From Abditibacterium sp. (GTDB lineage Bacteria; Armatimonadota; Abditibacteriia; Abditibacteriales; Abditibacteriaceae), in NCBI GenBank assembly GCA_965199495.1, contig CBDASK010000003.1:1664001-1728000 (forward strand): a stretch of DNA of 64,000 nt, in the 5' to 3' direction. The translations under genes and the position numbers were made by a program. The notes below the pieces were generated by a model, which was not told where the DNA came from, searched no databases, and was given only the letters and a program-made list of their open reading frames with translations. Within the stretch, counting starts at the first letter, position 1. Each line of letters begins with the position of its first letter. This document shows positions 9,547 to 19,502 of this stretch, piece after piece.

Positions 9547-10350
9547 TCAGGCGCCGTGGTGCGCGCGCAGCAGCGAAATCATTAAGCCAGAACACTCGTT
9601 TTCTCCGGCGTGATGATAAGCCACGGCCAAGTTGCGCAGCACGCGGGCGACGACATCGCGCGCCGTGGCTGCATCGGACATCTCGGCGGGCGCGGCCTTT
9701 TGCAGCGTGGCGACTTCGCGCGCCGACAACACTCTGCCACCGTTGAACGGATCGAAAACGGTGCGACGACGACTGTCGCGCGCCAGAAAATGACCGGGAA
9801 AATTGCAGCCTTCGATATGTAAGCCGACACGCGCGCCGACCAGCATGAAAATGCACGCCAACGTGATTGGCAAACCGCCGCCGTTTTCCAAAACGTGGGT
9901 CAAATTCGAGTTGAGCGGATTGTAATAATGGTCTGCGCTGGCACCGCGCAGGCCGTTTTGATCGAACAAAAACGTCGCCAGTGCGACCGAATCGGGGCAC
10001 GATTCCAACGTCAAAAACGTGTCTGCCAAATCGTCTAACATTGCGGCGGCACGCGCGGCATCGCTTTCGCCGCGTTGCCAGCGGCCCAGCGCGCGCAGAC
10101 TGCTTTCCAGATAAAGTGCTTCGTCGGTTTCGTCTTGCAATTGCGCCCATTGCGCGCGTAGAGAGGACTCGTCGTGCGCGGAGAAAATCTCGGTTAAAAT
10201 CGCGTGTTGCGCGGGCGAAACCGGCAATTGGTCGGTTTGGATAATCGGCCAAATCTCGGCGCCCAAATCGCGAATTTTGACGGTGACGCGCTCGCGCACA
10301 ACAGGCGACGGGTCGTCGAGCAAGCGCAAAAGAAAAGGGAGATCGGTCAT
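9547..10350 (-). CDS. SirB1 / transglutaminase-like (Transglut_core2) family protein
   Basis: LLRLLDDPS, YYNPLNSNL..VL..GGLPITLA, GCNFPGHFL, FDPFNGG, RVLRNL. Confidence 0.85.
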   Translation of the reverse strand: MTDLPFLLRLLDDPSPVVRERVTVKIRDLGAEIWPIIQTDQLPVSPAQHAILTEIFSAHDESSLRAQWAQLQDETDEALYLESSLRALGRWQRGESDAARAAAMLDDLADTFLTLESCPDSVALATFLFDQNGLRGASADHYYNPLNSNLTHVLENGGGLPITLACIFMLVGARVGLHIEGCNFPGHFLARDSRRRTVFDPFNGGRVLSAREVATLQKAAPAEMSDAATARDVVARVLRNLAVAYHHAGENECSGLMISLLRAHHGA

Positions 10351-10400
10351 GAGCGACAAAGCAAATCGCGTCAAGTTTAAACGATTTTTGCGACCTGAAT

Positions 10401-12224
10401 TTACACGCGTCCAAGCGTCGCCTGCAAGGTCAGAATAGCGCCGATTAACGTGATAATCGCGGCGCTCGCCAGCGGCAAATAGCGCACGAGCGCGCTATCC
10501 TCGTTCAGCGCGCTGAGGCGCGACATACGATTGCGCGCCGAAACAACCAACAATCCGATGGCGATCAGCGCCGCCGCCAGACCGATGCTAAACGCCACAA
10601 TCAAAATCATGCCATAGCCGATGCGGTGCATTTTGACCGCCGCCAACAAAACCACAATCGCTTCGGGACAGGGCACGATACCGCCCGAAACGCCCAGCGC
10701 CACCAGAGTTTTCGTGGTAATCGGCCCATCGGGCACCGCGTGAGAATGCGCCTTGCCGCCATGCGAATGAACGTGCGCGCCGTGTGAATGTCCATGATCG
10801 TGTGAATGTGGATGTGAATCGTGAACGTGCGCGTGATCATGTTCATCGTGCGAATGAGAATGCGATTCGTGAACGTGCGTATGTTCTTCGTCATCATGCG
10901 CATGAATATGTTCGTCTTCGTCATGCGCGTGAATATGAGAATGCGCGCCATGCGAATGTGGGTGTCCTTCGTTGTCGTGCGCGTGCGCGTGAGTGTGTTC
11001 TTCGTCATGCGAATGCGCGTGTTCCTCATCATCGTGAGTATGAGAATGCGCGCCATGCGAATGCGCGTGTCCTTCGTCGTGAGCATGAGAATGATCATGT
11101 TCGTCATGCGAATGTTCGCCGTGATCGTGCGTGTGACTGTCGTGCGAATGCGCGTGACCGTTTTGCAAACCTTGATAACGCGACATGAACAGCCATAGGC
11201 CGACGCCGAAAATCATCAGGCCGCTCAATGCGCTCAAGACTGGATACAATTTTTCGGCGACAAAGTAGCGAGACGCCAATAAGAGCGCGAAACCCAGCGC
11301 GAAAACGCCGAATGTGTGCGTTATCGTCACGATGAGGCCGAGCGTTACGGCGTGACGTGGCGTTCCGCGCGAACCGACGAGATAGGCCGCGACCATCGTT
11401 TTGCCGTGGCCCGGCGCCAACGCATGAACCGCGCCAAAAGCGAGCGCAATTAATAATCCCCAGATGATAACGGTCGGCGTCAGAGTCTTTTCGGCGATGC
11501 TCTGGGTGAAGCGATTTTGCGGCGTATTGCGGTTGGAATTCCCATCGGGCGCGGGCGTTTGCGCGTTATTCGCTTCGGTTGGCGCGGGCGATGCGCCCTG
11601 CGCGCCCGCCGCGACGACGGAAAAGTGGGCGCTGTCCTGACGCGGCGGCACAACTCCGGCGTCAATCGGGAAAACCGTTAGTCCGCGACTCTGGTCTGTG
11701 GTCGCCGCATCGGAGTTGGCGAGGGCCAGACTTTTATCAGCCACGGCGATAATCTCTTTCCAGCCGGTGCGATCCGCGAAGTTGGAATCACGATAAACAA
11801 CGCTTGTGTTCGCGCCTTCGGCCAGCGGCGTGGCTGTATCGATCTTGACCAATAAAGTCGCCAAATTGCCCGCGCCAAATATCACTTGAAGGTCAGACGC
11901 GCGCGCGTTTAATGCGACTTTTTTGCCGTCAATTTGCAATGACAAATTGCTCAACAACTGCGGCACGACACTTTGCAAATAAGCGTTTTTTTCCGCCACG
12001 CTCACCACATCGTTGCGGTTGGCGTCCAATTTCGCCATTTGGTCAATGGTAGGAATTTCGGCGAAATCGAGAATGTAATGCAACCGCAGTTCGCCCTGTT
12101 GCGCCTCGAAACGCGCGTAATGGTTGATGGAAAAGTTGCCCATCGGATGCGCGTTCGCCGAGCGCATCGGAGCGAATAATGCGGCAACCAAACAAACCGT
12201 AAACCAGAGCCGGAATAATTTCAT
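10401..12224 (-). CDS. Ni/Co transporter-like protein (NicO/RcnA/HoxN family) with an exported N-terminal domain and a very long His-rich loop
   Basis: Signal peptide followed by AHPMGNFSINHY; HALAPGHGKT and GGIVPCPEA NicO motifs; ~140-aa His/Asp/Glu tract. Confidence 0.85.
   Translation of the reverse strand: MKLFRLWFTVCLVAALFAPMRSANAHPMGNFSINHYARFEAQQGELRLHYILDFAEIPTIDQMAKLDANRNDVVSVAEKNAYLQSVVPQLLSNLSLQIDGKKVALNARASDLQVIFGAGNLATLLVKIDTATPLAEGANTSVVYRDSNFADRTGWKEIIAVADKSLALANSDAATTDQSRGLTVFPIDAGVVPPRQDSAHFSVVAAGAQGASPAPTEANNAQTPAPDGNSNRNTPQNRFTQSIAEKTLTPTVIIWGLLIALAFGAVHALAPGHGKTMVAAYLVGSRGTPRHAVTLGLIVTITHTFGVFALGFALLLASRYFVAEKLYPVLSALSGLMIFGVGLWLFMSRYQGLQNGHAHSHDSHTHDHGEHSHDEHDHSHAHDEGHAHSHGAHSHTHDDEEHAHSHDEEHTHAHAHDNEGHPHSHGAHSHIHAHDEDEHIHAHDDEEHTHVHESHSHSHDEHDHAHVHDSHPHSHDHGHSHGAHVHSHGGKAHSHAVPDGPITTKTLVALGVSGGIVPCPEAIVVLLAAVKMHRIGYGMILIVAFSIGLAAALIAIGLLVVSARNRMSRLSALNEDSALVRYLPLASAAIITLIGAILTLQATLGRV
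10740..11158. repeat. Imperfect coding tandem repeat encoding the His-rich loop
   Basis: Recurrent units such as ATGAGAATGCGCGCCATGCGAATG and TGTTCTTCGTCATG, encoding HSHGAHSH / HDEEH. Confidence 0.85.
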
Positions 12225-12238
12225 AGGAGAGATAAAAT

Positions 12239-13573
12239 CTACTTCGCGCCCAGACGCTTCAAAGCGTCGCGCGCGATTTGCGGTTGCGACGGATCGAATT
12301 GCGGATTAATTTTCAAAGCCAACTCCAAATCACGGCGCGCTTCGTCGTTTTGGTGGAGCGCCGCCGCGATCATTCCGGCGTGAAACCACAGCATCGCATC
12401 GCGCGTATTCCATTTTAACGCGTGCTTCATGTTCGCCGCCGCTTCGTCCAATTGCCCGGCTTTGAACAGCGTCCACGCCAAAGTATCGTAGGCATAAATA
12501 TCCTGACGCACTTTTAGTTCGCCGCGCGCCAGAGCGACGGCTTTTTGCGGTTGCAAATTGTGATCGGCGTAATAAATCGCGCGCTGCCGGTCGTATAATG
12601 CGCCCTGCGCTTCCGATAAATCGCCGATTTTTTCGACGAGAGCAAACTGCGCCGCCGCCTTTTGCGGCTGGCCCAACGCTTTATAATCGTCGCCCAACAG
12701 CGCCAACGCGTCGGGCGTCGGCACAATCGCTGTCGCTTTGTCGCCCCACGCAATCGCCTTCTTCCAATTGTGACGCGCCGCTTCCAAACGGGCCAGCGCC
12801 GCCATCGTGCGATAATCGCGCGGGAAAACTTGCAGCGCGCGCTCATATTCGCGCGCGGCTTCGTCGAGTTGGCCGTTCATAAACAACGCGCGCCCGCGCC
12901 GTTCGTGAAACCACGAGATGCTCTGCACTTCGGCGTCAATGCTCGAATCGGCTTGCGCCGTGGCTTTGGTCAGCAAATCGAGCTGGCTTTTTGTCTCGCC
13001 CTTGAGTTCGCTATAACGCGACATCAACGCGTAAAACGAGGGATCGTCGCCTTCGGGCGGCGACTGTTTGGCGTATTTTTCGGATTGCGCGTAATCGCCC
13101 AATTCGTAAGAAATATCGGCGGCCAAACGGTAGCCACCGGGATTGACTGGCGCCGCGCGCAGGGCGATGTGACGCGCCTCCGTAAAACGATGTTGGTTGA
13201 GCAAGGCGCGCGACAGTTGCAAAAGCGCGCTATCGGTCGGGCGAATTTTGAGCGACGCGCGCGCGGCCTGTTCGGCGCGCGTAATATCGGCGCCGTCGCC
13301 GGTTTCGCGATAACTTTCCAGATACCAGTGCGCCAACTGTGCGCGCGAAATCGCGTCAATCGAATCGAGCTTGGTTTGCGCGGCCCAGAACTTCAGGTTT
13401 TTCTGCACCAACTGCGGATCGTAAGGCGCGCGTAGCGCCGAAGCGTCCGCACCAATATCGCGAGTGTGCGGATAAACCGGTCGTGGCGCGCGCGCCGATT
13501 TGGTTAGCGCCAGAGCGCCCGCGCCAATGGCTCCGACAGCGCAAAAAGAAATCAACCAGCGACGCAAATTCAT
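12239..13573 (-). CDS. Exported TPR-repeat protein
   Basis: N-terminal signal/TM followed by TPR-like repeats (AYDTLAWTLFKAG, WFHAGMI, LELALKINPQF). Start MNLRR. Confidence 0.85.
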   Translation of the reverse strand: MNLRRWLISFCAVGAIGAGALALTKSARAPRPVYPHTRDIGADASALRAPYDPQLVQKNLKFWAAQTKLDSIDAISRAQLAHWYLESYRETGDGADITRAEQAARASLKIRPTDSALLQLSRALLNQHRFTEARHIALRAAPVNPGGYRLAADISYELGDYAQSEKYAKQSPPEGDDPSFYALMSRYSELKGETKSQLDLLTKATAQADSSIDAEVQSISWFHERRGRALFMNGQLDEAAREYERALQVFPRDYRTMAALARLEAARHNWKKAIAWGDKATAIVPTPDALALLGDDYKALGQPQKAAAQFALVEKIGDLSEAQGALYDRQRAIYYADHNLQPQKAVALARGELKVRQDIYAYDTLAWTLFKAGQLDEAAANMKHALKWNTRDAMLWFHAGMIAAALHQNDEARRDLELALKINPQFDPSQPQIARDALKRLGAK

Positions 13574-13685
13574 GGGAAAACAAAGTGTGCGCGAACGCGC
13601 CACAAACTTCACGCGCGAGGCGCAACAAATCACGGCGAGCGACAAGAAACGGAACGACAAACCGCGAGTTTTTCGCGTTTAAATC

Positions 13686-13729
13686 AAAAATAGCGGCGAA
13701 AGTCGTGAGACCTTCGCCGCTACTATTTT
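13686..13729 (-). terminator. Hairpin downstream of the DUF4331 pair
   Basis: TAGCGGCGAA...TTCGCCGCTA, followed by a U-tract on the minus strand. Confidence 0.55.
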
Positions 13730-13741
13730 CGCAAGCGTCGT

Positions 13742-14332
13742 TCAGTTGGGCGCTTGCAGATAGGGGAAGCTGGCAGAGTATTGGTGTCCGCTCGAATCCA
13801 CGTTGTCGGTCGTCAGAGTCGGAATCTCTTTGCCGTCGTCGGGCGCGAGGCCCAACGCGGGCACCGTATTGCCAAAGACAACGCCCAAGGACGTGTCAAC
13901 GACATCGTCCTGCAATTTGCGACCGCCGAACTTGCCGCCAGTCGCGCCGCCGGTTTCGACGCCCAAATAGGCCGCCGGGCCGGACTGCGACAGATCGGCT
14001 TTCATCACGTCGGGCACCAAAACCGAAGCCACGACATTAGTGATAGCATCCGAGCGGCCCGCCGGGAACTTCATAAAGCCTTTGATGTCAGTGGCCAATT
14101 GGCCGGGGTCATCGGTCGGGTTGTCAATGTTGTTGACGCGATGGCGACGCTCGGCGACAGTCGCCAGAACTTCGTTGACGACGGGACGAGCCAGACGCTC
14201 TTGCTGTTCGTAAAGTGCGGGGGTGTTGGGGCCAGTGGGGATACCGCTGCCATTGCCATTGCCGCCGCCGCAACCCGCCAATCCGACCGCGACGACGCTC
14301 AGAGCGCCGCTTAATTTCCAGATGTGTTTCAT
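13742..14332 (-). CDS. DUF4331-family lipoprotein (C-terminal-half type)
   Basis: Lipobox LAGC; QERLARPVVNE, LVPDVM, GGRKLQDDVVD, TDNV, FPYLQAP. Confidence 0.8.
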   Translation of the reverse strand: MKHIWKLSGALSVVAVGLAGCGGGNGNGSGIPTGPNTPALYEQQERLARPVVNEVLATVAERRHRVNNIDNPTDDPGQLATDIKGFMKFPAGRSDAITNVVASVLVPDVMKADLSQSGPAAYLGVETGGATGGKFGGRKLQDDVVDTSLGVVFGNTVPALGLAPDDGKEIPTLTTDNVDSSGHQYSASFPYLQAPN

Positions 14333-14356
14333 GATTTTAAGGAAAGAGCGAGGCTC

Positions 14357-15103
14357 TTATTTTTTGAGGGTGCTGGCGGTCTCCCACACGCCGATTTTGC
14401 CGCCGCCCAATTTCGCCTTGGGCACTTCGACGACAATCGCCAACAGGTTCAGGTTGTCAAAGAAATCTTGGGCCTGACCTTTGGGACGGAAAGTCGTGGT
14501 CTGCGGAGTGTTGGCTTCCATGATGGTGTTCTTCTTTTTGGAAGGATCGAGAGCCGACAAACGGTCGGGCAAAATGGCGCCCAACTGGTTCAAATCGAGG
14601 AAGAACGAATCGGCACGCGCTCCGGCGAAAACTTTCATGCCAGCGGTCGGCGTAAACGGCTGGTTAATGGTGCCAGTTATCGAATAGGGCGTCTCGAACT
14701 GTGTGGTCGTGCCGATGCGCGAAGGCTTAGCCGGGCCAGAAATAAAGACTTTCTGGTTGGGGCCAGTGCCCTCGAAGCGCGCCTGAATCACCAAATCTTC
14801 GACGGCGTCGCCGGTCGTGTCAATTTTGAACTGATACAAGACGTCGGGATCGAAAGAGAAGTTGGCGGCCTGGCCCGCTGGAATGAGCGGATGAACGCTC
14901 ATGGCGAGAACCACGTTGTTGGGGTCTTGGCCGGGGAAGATATGCAGATCGGTGAAGTCGATGCCGGGTTTGTTGACCGATTCGACGGTGTCGGCGTGAT
15001 CGGAGCCGATGGCGAACTGCGCGGTGCCCAGCGAGACGGCGGCAACAACGGCCAACGCTCCGGCACCGAGCAGCAATTTGCCGCGTTTAGTGGGGATTTT
15101 CAT
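14357..15103 (-). CDS. DUF4331-family secreted protein (N-terminal-half type)
   Basis: Signal peptide; SDHAD, DFTDLHIF, FDPDVLYQFKID, VFAGARADSFFLDL, NLLAIVVEVP. Confidence 0.82.
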   Translation of the reverse strand: MKIPTKRGKLLLGAGALAVVAAVSLGTAQFAIGSDHADTVESVNKPGIDFTDLHIFPGQDPNNVVLAMSVHPLIPAGQAANFSFDPDVLYQFKIDTTGDAVEDLVIQARFEGTGPNQKVFISGPAKPSRIGTTTQFETPYSITGTINQPFTPTAGMKVFAGARADSFFLDLNQLGAILPDRLSALDPSKKKNTIMEANTPQTTTFRPKGQAQDFFDNLNLLAIVVEVPKAKLGGGKIGVWETASTLKK

Positions 15104-15341
15104 GTTTGTCTCTGAAGTGTTCGGACTTTGAATTTAAGCAGCGAACTGGCTAAACCAAAATACGTCCTCAAAATACCTGAGCAATCTCACTCTCAGCAAC
15201 TCTGAACTTTGAGATTCTACTTAAAGACAAGCATAACTAAATTCGTGTCAAGTTGCAACAAAAATATATGAAATTTCTTCACTTGTTACGTTTTAAAAAT
15301 AGGGTAACACGAATGTTTTATTTGAATTTTCAAAATGATAT

Positions 15342-16124
15342 TTAATTTTGGAAAAATGATCCATCCGAGGGCGCGTGCGCACGTTCCCAAGCGCGCTGTT
15401 TGATGTCGCGATTGCGAAACAGGCAAACCAGCAATAATCCGGCGACGGCGCCGCCGACGTGCGCCCAATAAGCCACGCCGCCGCCGTCGCGCGTTTGCAC
15501 CGTGATATTGACGATTTCGCCGACGCCCGAAAACAGTTGCATCGCCATCCAAGCGCCGATGACAAGAAACGCGGGGAGGGCCACAATGCCGAACCAGCCG
15601 ATGAGAACGCGCACGCTTTTGCGCGGATACAAAACCAGATAGCCGCCCAAAACTCCGGCGATGGCGCCGCTCGCGCCCAACGACGGAATGATCAAACTCG
15701 TCCCGCCCGACATTTGCGCCGCGACAACGTGCGCCACGCTCGCCAGAACGCCGCATAAAATGTAGAAAACGGCGTATTTGAAATGGCCCAGCGCGTCTTC
15801 GACGTTGTCGCCGAAAATCCACAGAAATAACATATTGCCGCCCAGATGCGCCCAGCCACCGTGCATAAACATCGCGCTTAAAATCGTGAGATAAATCGGC
15901 GTCGGGCCGGGCGCCTGCGGAATCACGCCGCCGCGCGTTGAGATGTTTTGCACGATGTCGCGCCCGCTTGTAATTTCGGCGGGCACGACCGAGTAACCGT
16001 AGGTAAACGCGTCGTTTGGCAACTGCAACAACACGAAAACCGCGATGTTAAGCGCGATCAAAGCGTAAGTGACATAAGGCGTGATATGGCGGTCGGAGTT
16101 GTCGTCACCGATGGGGAAAAGCAT
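15342..16124 (-). CDS. Rhomboid family intramembrane serine protease
   Basis: MFMHGGWAHLGGNMLFLWIFGDNVED, GASG, AHVGG. Confidence 0.95.
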   Translation of the reverse strand: MLFPIGDDNSDRHITPYVTYALIALNIAVFVLLQLPNDAFTYGYSVVPAEITSGRDIVQNISTRGGVIPQAPGPTPIYLTILSAMFMHGGWAHLGGNMLFLWIFGDNVEDALGHFKYAVFYILCGVLASVAHVVAAQMSGGTSLIIPSLGASGAIAGVLGGYLVLYPRKSVRVLIGWFGIVALPAFLVIGAWMAMQLFSGVGEIVNITVQTRDGGGVAYWAHVGGAVAGLLLVCLFRNRDIKQRAWERAHAPSDGSFFQN

Positions 16125-16192
16125 GGTTAGCATAATGAAAACGCGCGCTGAGACAAACTCAGCGCGCGCGATTTAGTAAGTTTGCCACCGTT

Positions 16193-16681
16193 TTATTTGA
16201 CTTTGACGAACGTCATCGCGCCCGCCGCGCCCGGCGTGGCTCCTGCGGGCGGCACCATCGAAAGCGTTTTGTTGTCGGCGCTGATTTGCATCACCATCGG
16301 CTTGCGCGCCTGAGCGTTGGCATTGGGCATTTTGCTCAAATCCACCGTGCCCATTTTGGTCATGTTGAGCGTGACCGTATTGGCCGCTTCGTCTATTTTC
16401 CAGTCGCCACTAAATTCCATCATCATATTCATGGCGAAGGTTTTGTCTTGCTTCAAGTCGAGCGTGACGTTTTCCAACATTTTCTTGGCCATGTCCATGC
16501 CCATCTGTTCTTGAGGCGTTTTGCCCTTGGGCATATTGGCGGCGAACTTGGTGGAATCCATTTTCCACTGGCCGACGAGTTGCGCCTCACGGTTGCCCGC
16601 GCAACCGCTCATCATCGTGACGGCGATAATCGTCAGCAGCAGATAGGCGCGCAGTTGCAGCATTTTTTGAATTTGGAGCAT
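16193..16681 (-). CDS. Hypothetical lipoprotein (possibly lipocalin-like)
   Basis: Hydrophobic leader ending MMSGC; LVGQWK motif; Met-rich. Confidence 0.7.
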   Translation of the reverse strand: MLQIQKMLQLRAYLLLTIIAVTMMSGCAGNREAQLVGQWKMDSTKFAANMPKGKTPQEQMGMDMAKKMLENVTLDLKQDKTFAMNMMMEFSGDWKIDEAANTVTLNMTKMGTVDLSKMPNANAQARKPMVMQISADNKTLSMVPPAGATPGAAGAMTFVKVK

Positions 16682-16864
16682 AGTTTTGTTTATCGTTGAA
16701 GTGCTTCGGAAATAGCAACGAAAGATTGCGCGATAGTGTAGCTGTTATAAATTGTATTGGCGCGCTTCTATTAATCACAGGGAACAAGGGGGTTTTCGGG
16801 TTGACCGCCAATTTTGTGCGGTGTAGAATAGTAGCGCCCCTAAAAATTTGGTCAGTGTTTTCCA

Positions 16865-17440
16865 ATGCAAGGTCGTCCCGAAGAGCCACCCAAAGCTCCG
16901 AAAAGGTTCAATCCTTTTATGGCGCGCACGCGCGCGATGAGTTCGAGCGGCGCTTCGGGCTGGGAATCGTATACCATCGGTTTCACGCTCGTCGGCTGCA
17001 TCGTGGCGGGCGCGGGTTTGGGTTACTTGCTCGATAATCATTTCGGCACGAGTTACTGGTTGCCGATTTTGTTTTTGGTGGGCGTCGTGGCTGGCTTTCG
17101 CGAGATGATGCTGGTTCTCAAACGCGTCAACGAGCAGCAAACCGAAGAGCGTGCGCGCCGGGAAACCGAGCGCCGCGAGCGCGAAGTGACGGTGAAACCG
17201 ACGGACGATCCGACGCCTTCTCAAATGGAAGCGCGCAAACGAATGTTCGAGGTGCCGCCGCCGCCGTTTGAGCAAGCCGCGCAAACGGTGCATCAGCAAA
17301 GCGCGCCCGATGAGCGGGTGGAAGTCGAGAACGTGTTGGAACAGATGCTCGCGCAGGGCGACTTGAGCGAGGAAGATTTGCAAGAATTGGGCTTCGAGAT
17401 CGAAGGAACAAGGGACAAGGAGCAGGGGACAAGGGAGTAG
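16865..17440 (+). CDS. AtpZ/AtpI (ATPase gene 1) family protein with an acidic C-terminal extension
   Basis: IGFTLVGCIVAGAGLGYLLDNHFGT pattern; first gene of the atp operon. Confidence 0.8.
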   Translation: MQGRPEEPPKAPKRFNPFMARTRAMSSSGASGWESYTIGFTLVGCIVAGAGLGYLLDNHFGTSYWLPILFLVGVVAGFREMMLVLKRVNEQQTEERARRETERREREVTVKPTDDPTPSQMEARKRMFEVPPPPFEQAAQTVHQQSAPDERVEVENVLEQMLAQGDLSEEDLQELGFEIEGTRDKEQGTRE

Positions 17441-17502
17441 GTTATTCTAACGAACGGTTGGATTTGCGCCCTCTTGTTCCTTGTTCCCTCGTAAGATAAT
17501 TA

Positions 17503-18009
17503 ATGAAGAACCTCACGATTCCGCCCGCGCCGGTTGATGCGGCGCGGCCACAAAACGCGCCGCGCCGAGCAGCCACGCCGTCCGCTTCGACGCCTGCGTC
17601 GCCGCTTGATGCGGCGTTTATCGCGCGCGTCTATCGGACGATGTTGTGGTTTGGCATCGTTTGCACGTTAATGGCGGCATTCGCGTTCAAAACGGGGCCA
17701 GCCGTTGCCAGTTTCGTGGGCGGATTGGTTTTGGCGGCGGTGTTGTTGCGCGGCCAGGAAGTCGCGGTGCGTTCGATGTTGCAGCCCAAAGAAAAGATGA
17801 TGGGCATGGATGCGCGACTGGCGATGGTGCTGTTATTACCGCTTAAGTTCGTCGCAGTGGTGGCGGTTCTGGTAGCCTTTAACGCGTTGGGTTGGCTGCG
17901 GCCCGCGCCACTCGCGCTCGGATTTTTCGCCGCGAACTTGGTTTTAATCGCCAAATTCGCTGGTTGGATGCTGACGCGATTTAACGCGAACAAAACACAA
18001 TCCAAATGA
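17503..18009 (+). CDS. atpI: ATP synthase subunit I-like membrane protein
   Basis: Four TM segments, directly before atpB. Confidence 0.65.
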   Translation: MKNLTIPPAPVDAARPQNAPRRAATPSASTPASPLDAAFIARVYRTMLWFGIVCTLMAAFAFKTGPAVASFVGGLVLAAVLLRGQEVAVRSMLQPKEKMMGMDARLAMVLLLPLKFVAVVAVLVAFNALGWLRPAPLALGFFAANLVLIAKFAGWMLTRFNANKTQSK

Positions 18010-19055
18010 CAACGATGCGATTTTCTTTTGCCAAAATCTGGTTGCCGCTGACTTTGCTGGTGCTGCTCGTCATGGGCGGCGCGGGACGTGGCTACGCGCA
18101 GGACGATCATTCGGTCGCGCCCAGCGTTTCGCACGTTGAGGACGCCGCCGAATCTGCCGCCGGGCACGACGAAGCCGCGCAAGGCGCACAAGGCGAAGAG
18201 CCACGTCCGGTTTTCGAGCCGGAACACGGCACTTGGTTTAACGGTTTGACGCGCACCCTCTTCGGCGTGGCTCCTGCTGCGCCCGGACATCATCCAATCG
18301 TCAAATACGACTTTTTAGTTGTCACCGCATTATTGTGGATTGCGTTAGCGATTGCTTTAACCAGCGTCGCGCGCAAAGCCAAAGTGCGGCCCACAGGCAA
18401 AGCGGCGTCGTTTGGCAATACGGTTGAGGCCGCCGTTGAAGCGTTTCAGGATTACCTGATTGGCGTGATGGGAGAGCCGCTCGGACGCAAATACACCGCG
18501 TTCATTGCGACCTTCTTTTTCACCATTTTGGTTTCTAACTGGCTCGGTTTAATCCCCGGCATGTTGGCGCCGTCCTCGATTCCCGCGATTCCAATCGCGC
18601 TGGCGATTGTCGGCTTCGTGATGGTTCACGTTTTCGCGATTAAAGAAGCCGGATTGAAATCGTGGTTCATGCACTTCGTCGGCGAACCGATTTGGCTGGC
18701 GCCGCTCAACTTCCCGCTTCACATCGTCGGCGAGCTTATTAAGCCGTTGTCGCTGTCGTTGCGTTTGTTGTGTAACGTCTTTGGCGAAGAGCAGGTCGTG
18801 GCGACGTTGACGTTAATGGCGGTCACGCTGTTGCCGATTTGGTTGCCGATTCCCCTTCAGTTCCCAATGCTGATTTTGGGCACGTTCTTCGGATTTTTGC
18901 AGGCGTTGGTTTTCTCGACGTTGCTGGCGATTTACATTTCGATTTTCGCCACGCATCACGAAGATGGTCACGGCCATCCCGAAACCGAACACGCCGTTGA
19001 CAACAACGGCCATCACAAAACTGTCGGGCATCCGGCGGAAATGATGGTTGGTTAA
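18006..19055 (+). CDS. atpB: ATP synthase Fo subunit a
   Basis: SNWLGLIPG, KPLSLSLRLLCN, LQALVFSTL; N-terminal signal-like extension. Confidence 0.93.
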   Translation: MTTMRFSFAKIWLPLTLLVLLVMGGAGRGYAQDDHSVAPSVSHVEDAAESAAGHDEAAQGAQGEEPRPVFEPEHGTWFNGLTRTLFGVAPAAPGHHPIVKYDFLVVTALLWIALAIALTSVARKAKVRPTGKAASFGNTVEAAVEAFQDYLIGVMGEPLGRKYTAFIATFFFTILVSNWLGLIPGMLAPSSIPAIPIALAIVGFVMVHVFAIKEAGLKSWFMHFVGEPIWLAPLNFPLHIVGELIKPLSLSLRLLCNVFGEEQVVATLTLMAVTLLPIWLPIPLQFPMLILGTFFGFLQALVFSTLLAIYISIFATHHEDGHGHPETEHAVDNNGHHKTVGHPAEMMVG

Positions 19056-19149
19056 GCCAGTTCAGGCTGTGCAAGCAGCCCTTAAATTTTTAACTTCCTT
19101 CGGCCCTGTGCCGGAGTAAGCATTTCTCCATCAGGAGCACACACACACC

Positions 19150-19419
19150 ATGAGTTACTTTGGAATGTTAGCATTAGCCACCGGCCTGGGCCTTCCCATT
19201 GCCGTCGTTGGCGCCGGACTGGGACAGGGTATCGCCGTTTACGGCGCGGTTCAGGGCATGGCCCGCCAACCCGAAGCTGCGGGCACGATTCAGACCGCCA
19301 TGATCATCGGTCTGGCTCTGATCGAGTCGCTGGTTATCTACGCGCTGTTGATGTTCTTCATCTTGCAGACGAAATTGCCCGCCACCGCCGACGTTTTGGC
19401 TAAAATCGCCACTGGCTAA
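19150..19419 (+). CDS. atpE: ATP synthase Fo subunit c
   Basis: GAGLGQG, ARQPEA, LALIES. Confidence 0.97.
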   Translation: MSYFGMLALATGLGLPIAVVGAGLGQGIAVYGAVQGMARQPEAAGTIQTAMIIGLALIESLVIYALLMFFILQTKLPATADVLAKIATG

Positions 19420-19435
19420 TCACCGCAATTTTTAA

Positions 19436-19467
19436 GGGCGACGGGAAAACTAAATTTCCTGTCGCCC
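19436..19467 (+). other. Intergenic stem-loop after atpE (possible mRNA stabiliser or partial terminator)
   Basis: GGGCGACGGGAAA...TTTCCTGTCGCCC. Confidence 0.5.
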
Positions 19468-19502
19468 CAATTTGAACTTTTCTCTCCCTATCGAGAGCAA
19501 TT

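Noticed and set aside
10740..11158. Repeats as a possible CRISPR array
   Set aside because: In-frame, degenerate, His-coding units with no constant repeat and unique spacers; no cas genes.
15104..15341. Cobalamin or NiCo riboswitch upstream of the DUF4331 cluster
   Set aside because: AT-rich promoter-like DNA with no B12-box or multi-stem structure recognisable by eye. An Infernal/Rfam scan would be needed to exclude it.
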